From: Promethearchaeia archaeon
Lineage (GTDB): Archaea > Asgardarchaeota > Lokiarchaeia > Sigyniarchaeales > SOKP01
Assembly (NCBI GenBank): GCA_029856145.1
Contig: JAHQWK010000020.1
Location: forward strand, 64,001-128,000
Reading direction: 5' to 3'
Length of the DNA stretch: 64,000 bases
The position numbers and the translations under genes were made by a program. Position 1 is the stretch's first letter. Each line of letters begins with the position of its first letter. The notes beneath the pieces are model-generated. The model saw only the letters and a program-made list of their open reading frames with translations. It was not told the origin of the DNA and did not search any database. This document shows positions 20,202-29,725 of the stretch, one piece after another.

Positions 20202-21398
20202 TTGAAAACCATCGTTGCTTTGTCATATTTTCATCGTAAAATTGGTCCATTAGTCTTTTATTCTTATCCAAAAGATATGTTAGAAAGAGAATTATCACTT
20301 AAAATTGCAAACATTATGGATCAGCAATTTAGCGAAGGTTTTTTTACACATTCTTTTGAAAATTTAAAATCATTGAATTATTACTTCGAGATTCATTCAG
20401 ATTGGGCTAGAGGAAATAAAGAAATGTTGATGGTTTCAACAATTCTTGATCAGCAAATCTCTACTGAAGATGAAGAAAAAATCTCAATTTTATGTACAGA
20501 GTTTTCAGAACAATTACAATCAAATGAAGAGATTTATACTGCATTTTATATAAATGATGTAAATAATTTTGATGAAGAAGATCAGGAAAGCATAAGAAAA
20601 AACGAATCCTTAATAAAAGCGTGGGTAGAGAATCTATATTGGTTTATTATAGAAGATACACGGGAAAAAACTGAAGAAGAGGAAATCGCAATCTTATTAA
20701 ATGATAAACATATATTTATGACCTTAGAGAAGTTGTCCGAAGGTCCTATCTTATTAGAAGGGCTTAGAGAATGGTTCATTGAAAATTTTCCTGAAAAAAA
20801 TTTTAATGAAATTATTGAAATATTAGATGAACGACAATTTATTTTTATTAATCAAATAGGCTTAGTAGAGAAATATGTACTTTTAGTAAAAGAAGTAAAT
20901 GCTGAAAGAATACCACCAGATAGCATCATTGAATATATTGATGATAAACCAGAATTGATTGAATTGCTTCTCCCTAAAGTTCAAGAATATTTTAGTGAAT
21001 ATGAAAAGAAAACTAGGGAAGACATAAAGGAAGATGCTTTCACATTATATCAAATTATGGCAGATCCAAAAAAGTATAGTGTTCTTTCAGAATTAAGAAA
21101 TGGATTAATATCAAAAGATAAATTACCAAAATTAGTATCGAAAAAATCTTTGGATTCATTAATGGAAAATATTGAATTCTTAAAGAAATTTGATGTAATT
21201 GAAGAATTAAATTATAATAGTGAAACTTATATTGTTTTAAAGACCAATTTGCAAATAACAACTGCATTTCCAGAATGGATGAGAAAATTATTACCAAAAG
21301 AATCTGAACCCGTGGTAGCAGATAAGTATAAAGCAAATAGAAATAAAAGTAAAAAAACTTCAAAAAATAAAAAAAGTAAAAATTCTAAAAAAAAGTAA
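20202..21398 (+). CDS. longin/uDENN-like N-terminal domain protein with probable winged-helix C-terminus
   Basis: N-terminal SYFHRKIGPLVFYSYP and ARGNKE resemble uDENN/longin first strands (F..xGP...P); inference by motif recall. Confidence 0.55.
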   Translation: MKTIVALSYFHRKIGPLVFYSYPKDMLERELSLKIANIMDQQFSEGFFTHSFENLKSLNYYFEIHSDWARGNKEMLMVSTILDQQISTEDEEKISILCTEFSEQLQSNEEIYTAFYINDVNNFDEEDQESIRKNESLIKAWVENLYWFIIEDTREKTEEEEIAILLNDKHIFMTLEKLSEGPILLEGLREWFIENFPEKNFNEIIEILDERQFIFINQIGLVEKYVLLVKEVNAERIPPDSIIEYIDDKPELIELLLPKVQEYFSEYEKKTREDIKEDAFTLYQIMADPKKYSVLSELRNGLISKDKLPKLVSKKSLDSLMENIEFLKKFDVIEELNYNSETYIVLKTNLQITTAFPEWMRKLLPKESEPVVADKYKANRNKSKKTSKNKKSKNSKKK

Positions 21399-21433
21399 CT
21401 CCCAGAAAATAGTCTTTTTAAGAACGAATAATA

Positions 21434-21685
21434 ATGCCTAAAAAAGAAGAAACTCATGAGGATTTAAAAAATCTTTTAGGTTATATGGGAATTGAAATAC
21501 TGGTAGCAATTAATAATGGAGCTAAAAATTATGAAACAATAAAATTATTTTCTGGCTTACCAATTTCTTGTATAAACGGGAGAATACCAGTTTTACGTGA
21601 CTTAGGTCTTATAAAACAAAATAACGATGAATATTTTTTAACAGAGAAAGGAATTCATTTTCGAAAAAGATTAGAAGTAGAATAA
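21434..21685 (+). CDS. small winged-helix protein
   Basis: 83 aa; LRDLGLI...YFLTEKG wing motif. Confidence 0.7.
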   Translation: MPKKEETHEDLKNLLGYMGIEILVAINNGAKNYETIKLFSGLPISCINGRIPVLRDLGLIKQNNDEYFLTEKGIHFRKRLEVE

Positions 21686-21695
21686 TTTATAAAGT

Positions 21696-21772
21696 TTGAC
21701 ATCAGTTTGGGGCGACAATGTCATCGCTACCGAGCAAGTAGCTAGCTTTGTCATAAGTTCATCATCTGTCAA
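21696..21772 (-). ncRNA. C/D box sRNA (2'-O-methylation guide)
   Basis: Minus strand: terminal stem TTGACA/TGTCAA, box C ATGATGA (21765-21759), C'-like GCGATGA (21727-21721), box D CTGA (21705-21702); GC-rich relative to flanks. Confidence 0.85.
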
Positions 21773-21778
21773 TTGATA

Positions 21779-22264
21779 CTAATCTTCTTTACTATTTAAT
21801 TCTTGATTATTAATCTCCTTTTTATAGTACTTTCTCATATAATATCCGGGTCGTTTTAAACCACCACATTCATCAATTATTTGCTTTAACCCTCCTTCTT
21901 GCGAAATGATGTTTTCATATCTAATATAATCTTGTTGTGTAATTTCATTTCTTTCCATTAAGTAATCTAAAATATTAATTGCTTCTTCATTTTTTGTACA
22001 CCTTCTTAAAAAGTCAATCACTCCAGGATTAAATAATTCATTAGGATATAAATTATTAGATTCCTGAGGTTTTTCCTCATTTTCTTGCTCTACATCCATA
22101 TCAATTGAATTCATTTTTATTGATTTTTTTCTTGTTGAAATTTCTTCAATCAAATGAGGGAATTGCTTATTAAGTTCATCTTTATCATAAGATATTTTTA
22201 ATCCGTTTGATTCTTCAATTTCAACTTTTTTGAGATCTTTTCTATTTTTATTTTTTTTTTTCAT
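21779..22264 (-). CDS. DUF2095-like archaeal protein
   Basis: FPHLIEEI, PGVIDFLRRC, EAINILDYL, RPGYY motifs. Confidence 0.75.
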   Translation of the reverse strand: MKKKNKNRKDLKKVEIEESNGLKISYDKDELNKQFPHLIEEISTRKKSIKMNSIDMDVEQENEEKPQESNNLYPNELFNPGVIDFLRRCTKNEEAINILDYLMERNEITQQDYIRYENIISQEGGLKQIIDECGGLKRPGYYMRKYYKKEINNQELNSKED

Positions 22265-22439
22265 AATAATAATGATTTCTATTTATAGTTGAGTCTTTAA
22301 ACGAATATTGGTTATACAATTATTAATTTATATAATTATAGAACATCCAAAAATTTTTGCTCATAATAGAAAATAATAAAATTAATTAATTTCAGTAAAT
22401 TTTTGAAGATATAATAAAATAAAAGATTGTAGTGAGAAA

Positions 22440-23024
22440 TTGAAGTCTGGATATAGCTATGTAAAAGAGACTTTTGAGAAACATGAAAAAGGTTATAAAA
22501 CACCTCATTGGTATCGTGGAATTGAATATCGAAAGGGTAGATCAATTCAAAGAGTTGAAAAACCAACTAATATTCATCGCGCAAGAACTTTAGGTTATAA
22601 AGCAAAACAAGGATATATAATAGTTAGAGCTAGAATAAGAAAGGGAGGAATGCATAAAACTCGTCCAAAGCGAGGTAGAAAACCAAGAGCAATGGGTGTT
22701 TCTAAGTATACAACTGGAAAAAATCTTCAATGGATCGCTGAGGAACGTGTTCAAAGAAAGTATCCAAACATGCAGGTTCTTAACAGTTATAAAGTCTATT
22801 CTGATGGGAAACATTGGTATTATGAAACAATTTTAGTTGATCCTAATCACCCTGTCATCAAGTCGGATCCCAAAATTAACTGGATAGTTCAACCACAACA
22901 TACAAAAAGAGTAACTCGTGGTCTTACATCTGCGGGAAAAAGAGCTCGGGGATTAAATAAGAAAGGTTGGGGTTCAGAAAAAACTCGACCAAGCATTAGA
23001 GCTAATAAAGGTCGTGGAAAGTAG
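22440..23024 (+). CDS. rpl15e: 50S ribosomal protein L15e
   Basis: RARTLGYKAKQG, IAEERV, VLNSY, ILVDPNHP, RGLTSAG. Confidence 0.98.
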   Translation: MKSGYSYVKETFEKHEKGYKTPHWYRGIEYRKGRSIQRVEKPTNIHRARTLGYKAKQGYIIVRARIRKGGMHKTRPKRGRKPRAMGVSKYTTGKNLQWIAEERVQRKYPNMQVLNSYKVYSDGKHWYYETILVDPNHPVIKSDPKINWIVQPQHTKRVTRGLTSAGKRARGLNKKGWGSEKTRPSIRANKGRGK

Positions 23025-23078
23025 TAAGATTATATGATTTTATGAAATTAAAATAGAAATTTAATTTTTACTTATTCT

Positions 23079-23876
23079 CTACAATGTGTTTACTGAAATA
23101 GTCATCCCGCCATCTAAAATCATGTTCTGGCCTGTTATATAATCTGAAGCAGGTGAAGCTAAAAATAAAGCGACATCAGCAACTTGTCTTGGTTCCCCAA
23201 TTCTGTCTAATGGAAGTTTAACATTTCTTTTTTTCATAAATTCTCGAATAAATTCAGGATTACCCTTGTACATAGGTGTTAAAAATAAACCTGGACAAAT
23301 TCCATTCACTGTAATATTAGTGGCCCCGAGTTCCAGAGCCCAAAGCTTCGTAAAACTAATAAGCGCTGCTTTACTTACACTATATATTCCTATATATGGA
23401 TTAGCTCCGCATTCTGTACCTGCACATGAGGCAATATTAATAATTTTTCCTGCTATAGGTTTGAAATCTTGTTTACTCATTTTTCTATAGAATGATTTTG
23501 TTACATTCCAAGCACCTTTAACATTTACATCCATGACTTTATCATAATCTTCTTCTTTTGCAACAAGTGAAAATGTACCTACTCTGACACCTGCATTATT
23601 CACCAATATAAACACATTATCAAACTTTTCAAAAACTTCTTTTCTCATTTCTTTAACTTGATTGACATCAGATATATCTGCTTGAGCTAATAAAATATCC
23701 ACATTATATTTATTCAAAATGATTTCGCGAGTTTTTTCGATACTTTCAAGATTTATATCATTTAATACTAAACTAGCACCTTTACTTGCATAAGCAATTG
23801 CCATTTCACGACCAAATCCACTTCCTGCCCCTGTAACAAGGGCTACTTTTCCTTCTAAAAAGTTTTTATTCATCAT
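23079..23876 (-). CDS. SDR family oxidoreductase
   Basis: TGAGSGFG, NNAG, YSVSK, VNGICPG. Confidence 0.95.
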   Translation of the reverse strand: MMNKNFLEGKVALVTGAGSGFGREMAIAYASKGASLVLNDINLESIEKTREIILNKYNVDILLAQADISDVNQVKEMRKEVFEKFDNVFILVNNAGVRVGTFSLVAKEEDYDKVMDVNVKGAWNVTKSFYRKMSKQDFKPIAGKIINIASCAGTECGANPYIGIYSVSKAALISFTKLWALELGATNITVNGICPGLFLTPMYKGNPEFIREFMKKRNVKLPLDRIGEPRQVADVALFLASPASDYITGQNMILDGGMTISVNTL

Positions 23877-23915
23877 ATTTTTCTCTTAAATTAATTAAAT
23901 TATAAAAAGAATTAC

Positions 23916-25649
23916 CTATTTTCCAAATAAACCCTTATTTTTTTTATAAAGACCAAGTAATTTCATTGCGGGGGGTGTTTCAAAAGCAATATCTACATCA
24001 ATGACTGCTGGTTTTTTTGAATCAATGGCACGTTGCAATGCTGTTTTTATTTCTTCGGGGTTACTTATCTTCTCTCCATGGCATCCAAAACCTCGAGCAA
24101 TTTCTGCATAATCTATTGGTGGAAAATCTACATCATAGTATCTTTTATCCAAATTAAGTTTTTGATTTGATTTTATCATACCCCACGCGCAATTATTACC
24201 GATTATAATAATTATAGGAAGATTTAACCTTACTGCTGTTTCCAATTCTTGTACATTAAACATAAAGCTACCATCTCCAGTAATACATACGACTAATTTA
24301 TCTGGTTTAGCCATTTGTGCGCCAATAGCATATGGAATCCCAATACCTAAATGACCCATTGAAACAGAGCGAAAAAAACTTCTTGGGGGGCGCGGTTTAA
24401 GACTTATTAAATCCAATGAAAAAACAAAAATATCTCCCCCATCGATGACTAGTTGTGTATCATCTGGTATGAAATCTAGAACTTCATATATAAGTCTGTG
24501 AGGTTTCATGGGTAATTTATTAGATTTTAACATTTTTTCTATCTGTTGTTTATCACTTTTCCTTACATCTTGCAAATATTCATTCCATTGAGACCATTCA
24601 GTAACTTTTTCTTTAGGAAGATTCTTTTCCATTTCTTCTAATAGTTGATTAATGACAGCTTTGGCATCTCCAACAATTGCAACGTTCACTGGTCTATTTT
24701 TACCAATTTCTGTCGGGTCTATATCAACTTGGATAATTTTTTGATCTTGATTCCAAAGAGGGGAAGCTCCATAAATAATTGTATGGTCCCATTTACACCC
24801 AAGAGAGAGGACTACATTTGCTTCAATAGCAGCTCTTCTATATGCCATTGCAGTCAATTTTCCTCCTACAAATGTTTTATCTGTTGTAACTGCTCCTATC
24901 CCGCTTAAAGTTGTTCCAACAGGAATATTGTAGGTTTCTGATAGCTTATTTACCTCATTAAAAGCTTCTGAAGCTATGACACCGCCACCAGCTACAATTA
25001 AAGGTTTATTAACAGTCTTTAAAAGCTCTACTGCCTTAATTATACAGTCTATATTTCCAGCAGGTCTATATAATGGACGATAATGTTCTGGATCTAAAAC
25101 TTTTTTAAAATCCTCCTCCGTAGCTTCTCTAACTAATGCTGTTTCCCTTAATTCGAGAAATACAGGCCCCCTTCTTCCAGTCAACGCAGTTTTTATACAT
25201 CTTTGAACGGCATGTGGTATTTCATATGGATCTTCTACTGAAACTTGTAATTTTGTAATAGGTTTCATTAAACTCATTTGGTCTAAATCACCTTGCAATA
25301 TTCCGATATTATCAAACATTCTAGCGATTTGAGAACCAATTACCAACATTGGTATCGAATCTGCATTTGCTGCAGCAACAGCGGGGATCAGATGAGTGAC
25401 TCCAGGACCTGCTGTCCCAAAACAAACCCCTATTTCTCCAGTTGCTCTTGCCCATGCGTCTGCCATATGTGCTCCAGCTTGTTCGTGCCGTACCATTACA
25501 GTGTCAATACCTTCTTCACGACCCCAGCGCCCAATAGCATCATAAATCTTTAGTAATTCTCCACCAACAAGACCAAAAATTTTAGTAATGCCTTCTTTTA
25601 TTAGGCATTTAACTAGTAAATCGCCACCATTTAACATTTGATTTGACAT
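23916..25649 (-). CDS. ThDP-dependent enzyme (acetolactate synthase / 2-hydroxyacyl-CoA lyase-like)
   Basis: VRHEQAGAHMADAWAR, TAGPG, GDGSF...NN ThDP motif. Confidence 0.9.
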   Translation of the reverse strand: MSNQMLNGGDLLVKCLIKEGITKIFGLVGGELLKIYDAIGRWGREEGIDTVMVRHEQAGAHMADAWARATGEIGVCFGTAGPGVTHLIPAVAAANADSIPMLVIGSQIARMFDNIGILQGDLDQMSLMKPITKLQVSVEDPYEIPHAVQRCIKTALTGRRGPVFLELRETALVREATEEDFKKVLDPEHYRPLYRPAGNIDCIIKAVELLKTVNKPLIVAGGGVIASEAFNEVNKLSETYNIPVGTTLSGIGAVTTDKTFVGGKLTAMAYRRAAIEANVVLSLGCKWDHTIIYGASPLWNQDQKIIQVDIDPTEIGKNRPVNVAIVGDAKAVINQLLEEMEKNLPKEKVTEWSQWNEYLQDVRKSDKQQIEKMLKSNKLPMKPHRLIYEVLDFIPDDTQLVIDGGDIFVFSLDLISLKPRPPRSFFRSVSMGHLGIGIPYAIGAQMAKPDKLVVCITGDGSFMFNVQELETAVRLNLPIIIIIGNNCAWGMIKSNQKLNLDKRYYDVDFPPIDYAEIARGFGCHGEKISNPEEIKTALQRAIDSKKPAVIDVDIAFETPPAMKLLGLYKKNKGLFGK

Positions 25650-25715
25650 ATTTAGACCTATTACAAATAAAAAATAAAGTTTATGATAAAAAGAGATTCA
25701 ACAAATATGTACAAA

Positions 25716-26159
25716 TTAGAGGGCAATCAATTCGAGATAATAACCTAAAATATCTTTTGTGTCTAAATAGAAAAATTCAACTCTTCCAACTTTTCCTGAT
25801 TGAATCACATCTATATTATATACATTCTTAAAATGATTAATTTTTGTCTCAGTATTTTTGGTATATACGCCTAAATGATGTAAGCCTATATTTCCTTCTT
25901 TAAGAAATTCAGAATATAAATGATCACCAGTAGATTCTAATAATTCAATAATTTCAAACTGTTTACCACTAAAATTTAGCATTATTTTTTTCATTTTAAA
26001 TTCCACTTCTTTTCCTTTATAAGTTACAGTGCTAGTTTGTTCAATAACCTTGATTTTTCCATTAAGATCCAGTAAAACATTATACAATGATGCTGCTTTT
26101 TCAATATCTTTAACTAAGATTCCAATTTGATCAAATTTTGATAATTTTAGTTTTAACAT
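25716..26159 (-). CDS. VOC family protein (methylmalonyl-CoA epimerase/glyoxalase-like)
   Basis: DQIGILVKD, FEIIE, GLHHLG, YLDT...YLEL. Confidence 0.85.
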   Translation of the reverse strand: MLKLKLSKFDQIGILVKDIEKAASLYNVLLDLNGKIKVIEQTSTVTYKGKEVEFKMKKIMLNFSGKQFEIIELLESTGDHLYSEFLKEGNIGLHHLGVYTKNTETKINHFKNVYNIDVIQSGKVGRVEFFYLDTKDILGYYLELIAL

Positions 26160-26176
26160 AATTGCTAAATTAATTT

Positions 26177-27466
26177 TTATTTTACTTCTTTTGCAAACTG
26201 TAATTTAGAAATTGGTTTTTTTAAGGGAAATTCCCCTTTTAAGATCATTGATTTCAATTGTTCAGCTAATTTTATTGCTCCATATCTATCTGATTGTCTT
26301 AAAACAATTGGGATATCTTTGCCTTCGAATTCAATTGTTTTTAAATCTAATTCAAAAGCTTCTGGACATAAATGAGTACAATTGCCACAATTAAAACAGC
26401 GGGAACGATCTATAGCAGAGATCATACCCTCTTTTATAATAAACGCATTAGTAGGACATTTATCAATAGCTTTGCACTCTTCACAATTTTTACAGGCATC
26501 TGGATTAAACCTCATAAAAAAATTATTTTTCCAAACATCGCCATAAGTGATTTCTCCTACTTTTTCACGTCCTACGAGACTTAAAATTGTTAATTTAACT
26601 AATTTATCAGATTTTATTATATTATTGAAGATATTCTCATTTAATATAGGAATAGGGAGGGCTAAGCTACAAATAGGCTCCAATCCATAAGAAGTTTTGA
26701 ATGCACCCATGTATTCTGGTTTCATTCCTTTAAATGGAGCGATAGTCATCATATTAGGTTTTTCTATATAATTACGAGTTCCAGGACCCATGAGATGTCC
26801 TATATTTCCGTTTACAAGAACAGGAGAACCAACACCAAACGATTCAAATTCAGGATCATTTTGAAAGGGATTAAGTGCTCCACATCCAGAAAAAGTAATT
26901 TCTGTTTTATTAGGTGAAAAAGGAAGACAAGAGAAAATTGTGTTAACATTATAAGTTTCGCAATTTATCATAGCATTGTAATTCTTTATAGCTTGTCTAG
27001 TTCCTGCTAATTTGGCAAATTGCATATCTTCTAAATCCATTACTTTTTCGATGGTTTCACCTTCAGCACTCTTAGCTAAGATTTCTATAGGTTTTCCTTC
27101 AGCAATTTCTCTAAATAAAGAACCACCACAATAATTGTCTTTCGTACGACTTTGAGTAGTTCCATAGATAATTAGATCCACTATACCTAAATATTCATTT
27201 GGACAAGGTCCAGGAAAAGCAGGTATTCCATTAATATCAACTTCAGTAAATTTTCTCAAAGTTTTCGGTGGTGAGAGTCGAAAAGAGAAAATCCCCATAA
27301 TTCCGCTCATAAGCCCTTTTGTTGCTGTTGTAACGATATCAACATCTTCAAATTTAACTTTCTTACCTTCACTTATTTGATCTATTAATTCTTGAACGGT
27401 TAATACCACAGCGGACCCATTTTCAACCTTCTTTCTGATTTCTGAAAGCTTTCTTTTTTTGGCCAC
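26177..27466 (-). CDS. DUF39 / methanogenesis marker 16-type metalloprotein with C-terminal 2x[4Fe-4S] domain
   Basis: VDIVTTATKGLMSG, GPCPNE, TFSGCGALNPFQNDP; CxxCxxC...CP and CFNCGNCTHLCP. Confidence 0.8.
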   Translation of the reverse strand: MAKKRKLSEIRKKVENGSAVVLTVQELIDQISEGKKVKFEDVDIVTTATKGLMSGIMGIFSFRLSPPKTLRKFTEVDINGIPAFPGPCPNEYLGIVDLIIYGTTQSRTKDNYCGGSLFREIAEGKPIEILAKSAEGETIEKVMDLEDMQFAKLAGTRQAIKNYNAMINCETYNVNTIFSCLPFSPNKTEITFSGCGALNPFQNDPEFESFGVGSPVLVNGNIGHLMGPGTRNYIEKPNMMTIAPFKGMKPEYMGAFKTSYGLEPICSLALPIPILNENIFNNIIKSDKLVKLTILSLVGREKVGEITYGDVWKNNFFMRFNPDACKNCEECKAIDKCPTNAFIIKEGMISAIDRSRCFNCGNCTHLCPEAFELDLKTIEFEGKDIPIVLRQSDRYGAIKLAEQLKSMILKGEFPLKKPISKLQFAKEVK

Positions 27467-27585
27467 TAGAAATCCTCACATAAATTCAAAAGCTAACATT
27501 TTAAATATTTATTTATAATAAAATTTTTTTATTTTTATAATTCTTAAGATAATTATAGAGAGTTTAGCAGTTTTTTGAGGTTATA

Positions 27586-28311
27586 TTGTTTTTGTCATAT
27601 TTTGAATCAAGACTACCAGCAGATTTCGATAATTTTACAGAAATGCTTAAAAAATTAGAATTTTGTGAAAAGCTAGGGATTAAAAATGTTATTTTGGAGC
27701 CTATAAATAAATTAAAAGTAATACCATTAGAAATAAAAAAGAAAATAAAAAGCAATACAACACTAAACGTATTTTTTCGAATTAATTTAAGATTAAATAA
27801 TCTTGAGGATTTCAAAAAAAGAATTAAACAATATAACAATTGTTCTGACATCCTTTCAATTGAGTCCTTAAATAAAGAAGTTCAATTACAAGCAGCAAGA
27901 GATTCAAGGGTTGATATTATCTCTTTTTCTAATCTGCAGATAATTAAAACACTTACTCCCGGAGTAATCTCACTCACTAAACAAAATAATTCATTTTTGG
28001 AATTTTCGTTAGCTTCAATCATGATAACAAACAAGGCAAACCAATCAAAAAATTTTAGAAATCTATATAGATTTATCCAGTTAGCTTTAAAATATAAAGC
28101 AAATTGTATCATTAGCGGAAATTTTGATGATTTGTATGATCTTAGACACCCTAGAGCCTTAATAAGCATTTGCAATTCTCTTTTAGGAATTTCTTTAGAT
28201 AGAGCAAAGAAAATCTTTATAGTAAATCCAATTTTATTGTTGGAGAGAACTGAAAAACATCATAGTAATAAACTTGAACCAGAAGTTAGATTAATTAAAG
28301 GTGGGGATTAA
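27586..28311 (+). CDS. rnp3: RNase P protein component Rpp30
   Basis: AARDSRVDII, SFLEF, YDLRHPRAL; adjacent to Pop5. Confidence 0.85.
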   Translation: MFLSYFESRLPADFDNFTEMLKKLEFCEKLGIKNVILEPINKLKVIPLEIKKKIKSNTTLNVFFRINLRLNNLEDFKKRIKQYNNCSDILSIESLNKEVQLQAARDSRVDIISFSNLQIIKTLTPGVISLTKQNNSFLEFSLASIMITNKANQSKNFRNLYRFIQLALKYKANCIISGNFDDLYDLRHPRALISICNSLLGISLDRAKKIFIVNPILLLERTEKHHSNKLEPEVRLIKGGD

Positions 28312-28313
28312 TA

Positions 28314-28646
28314 ATAGGTCGAAAAGAAAGGCAGAGATATATTTCCTTTAAAATAATTAAAGAAAATAAAATAGATATCACTCAAAATTCACTTTTAAAA
28401 TCAATTTGGCAATCGATCTGGAGATATTTTGGATTGAAAGAAGCAAATAAAATTGGATTATGGTTAATAGAACTTAATTTGGATGAAGAATATGGAATTA
28501 TAAGATGTTCTCACCAGACTAAAGAAACAATAATTTCTGCTTTAAGCCTTGTAAAAGAAATTAATGGAATAAAAGTCATTCTATCACCATTTAAAACTTC
28601 AGGAACTATTCTATCACTAAAAAAAAGAATTAATAAAGAAAAATAG
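28314..28646 (+). CDS. rnp2: RNase P protein component Pop5/Rpp14 (ATA start at 28311 or 28314)
   Basis: Upstream in-frame extension of track ORF gives RKERQRYISF...IWRYFG, plus GIIRC and KTSGTILSLK; in-frame stop at 28296 leaves no ATG/GTG/TTG before the conserved N-terminus. Confidence 0.85.
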   Translation: MGRKERQRYISFKIIKENKIDITQNSLLKSIWQSIWRYFGLKEANKIGLWLIELNLDEEYGIIRCSHQTKETIISALSLVKEINGIKVILSPFKTSGTILSLKKRINKEK

Positions 28647-28672
28647 ATTTAGATTAAAAAATTATTTTTTAA

Positions 28673-29113
28673 TTGAAAATGAAGGTATACAATTTAACAA
28701 AAGCCCATATTCAGCATATTGATGATATCTCCAGAACTACATTAAAACTTTCATTATTAAACATAAAAAATCTAGAGAATAATCCATTTCTTTTAATAGT
28801 TCAATCAATTATTGAGAACTCTATAAAAGTCTCAATTTATCCACTAAAAAAAGAGAAAATCATAAAGGTGACATTCTCAACATTAAACTTTTCTAATGAG
28901 GTTTTTGATAGAATTTCCAATATCTTTCAAAATTATCAGGTTATTCATACATCCGGATTTTTACTTATTGAAAAACAACTTTATTATGAGTGTTATTTGA
29001 ATTTAAATTTAGATGAAACAAAAGCTATGGGTTTAGATGCTTCTTTAAATAAGATTAAAAATATATTTAAACAAATAAAAATAGAAGAAATTGGACTGAA
29101 AAAACATATATAA
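28673..29113 (+). CDS. hypothetical protein, possible C-terminal ACT-like fold
   Basis: 146-aa ORF co-oriented in operon; VIHTSG...YECY pattern. Confidence 0.6.
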   Translation: MKMKVYNLTKAHIQHIDDISRTTLKLSLLNIKNLENNPFLLIVQSIIENSIKVSIYPLKKEKIIKVTFSTLNFSNEVFDRISNIFQNYQVIHTSGFLLIEKQLYYECYLNLNLDETKAMGLDASLNKIKNIFKQIKIEEIGLKKHI

Positions 29114-29117
29114 AACT

Positions 29118-29570
29118 ATGATGAATATTTGGAGAGTCTTTTTGAAATTATCAGACGGAGAAGATAAAGAGCTTGAATTATTTGATGCTAAAGGATATTT
29201 TGGAGGGTACTTGAAGATTAAAAGAAGTTATTTTAATGCTCTAGTTAAAACAATTAAAATGACTAAAAAATATCATACTCAAAAAACAATTGAAAAGGTA
29301 GTTGGACCTGATGATGATGATTGGACACAAAATCCTTGGATGCTTATAATAGTAAAAGATAATGAAAAAAAAAACCCTTTTTGGTTTTTCATTAAAAGAG
29401 AAAAAGATTTATCTGGTATCCTTGTTGCTATAGGCCCTAAACCATTCGCTGAATATAATAGTAATAATTCACTAGACGCTAAACGAGAGATTAAACGTCT
29501 GATGAATTATATTATAGTTTATTTAAATAAATTTAATTGTGTTGTCATGCTTCCTAGTTTTCTTCACTGA
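29118..29570 (+). CDS. hypothetical protein
   Basis: 150-aa ORF, tight packing, normal composition. Confidence 0.7.
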   Translation: MMNIWRVFLKLSDGEDKELELFDAKGYFGGYLKIKRSYFNALVKTIKMTKKYHTQKTIEKVVGPDDDDWTQNPWMLIIVKDNEKKNPFWFFIKREKDLSGILVAIGPKPFAEYNSNNSLDAKREIKRLMNYIIVYLNKFNCVVMLPSFLH

Positions 29571-29725
29571 ATGGAAGATATTTCAATTAATTTTTAATAC
29601 TAAAGTTGATGTCGAATTTTTAGTAAAACATAAAATTTATACGAAAAATATTAAATTCAATTTTAATTATCAATTTTTATATTTAGCATTACAGAAAATA
29701 GAAGTATTTAAAAATAAATGGCTTT

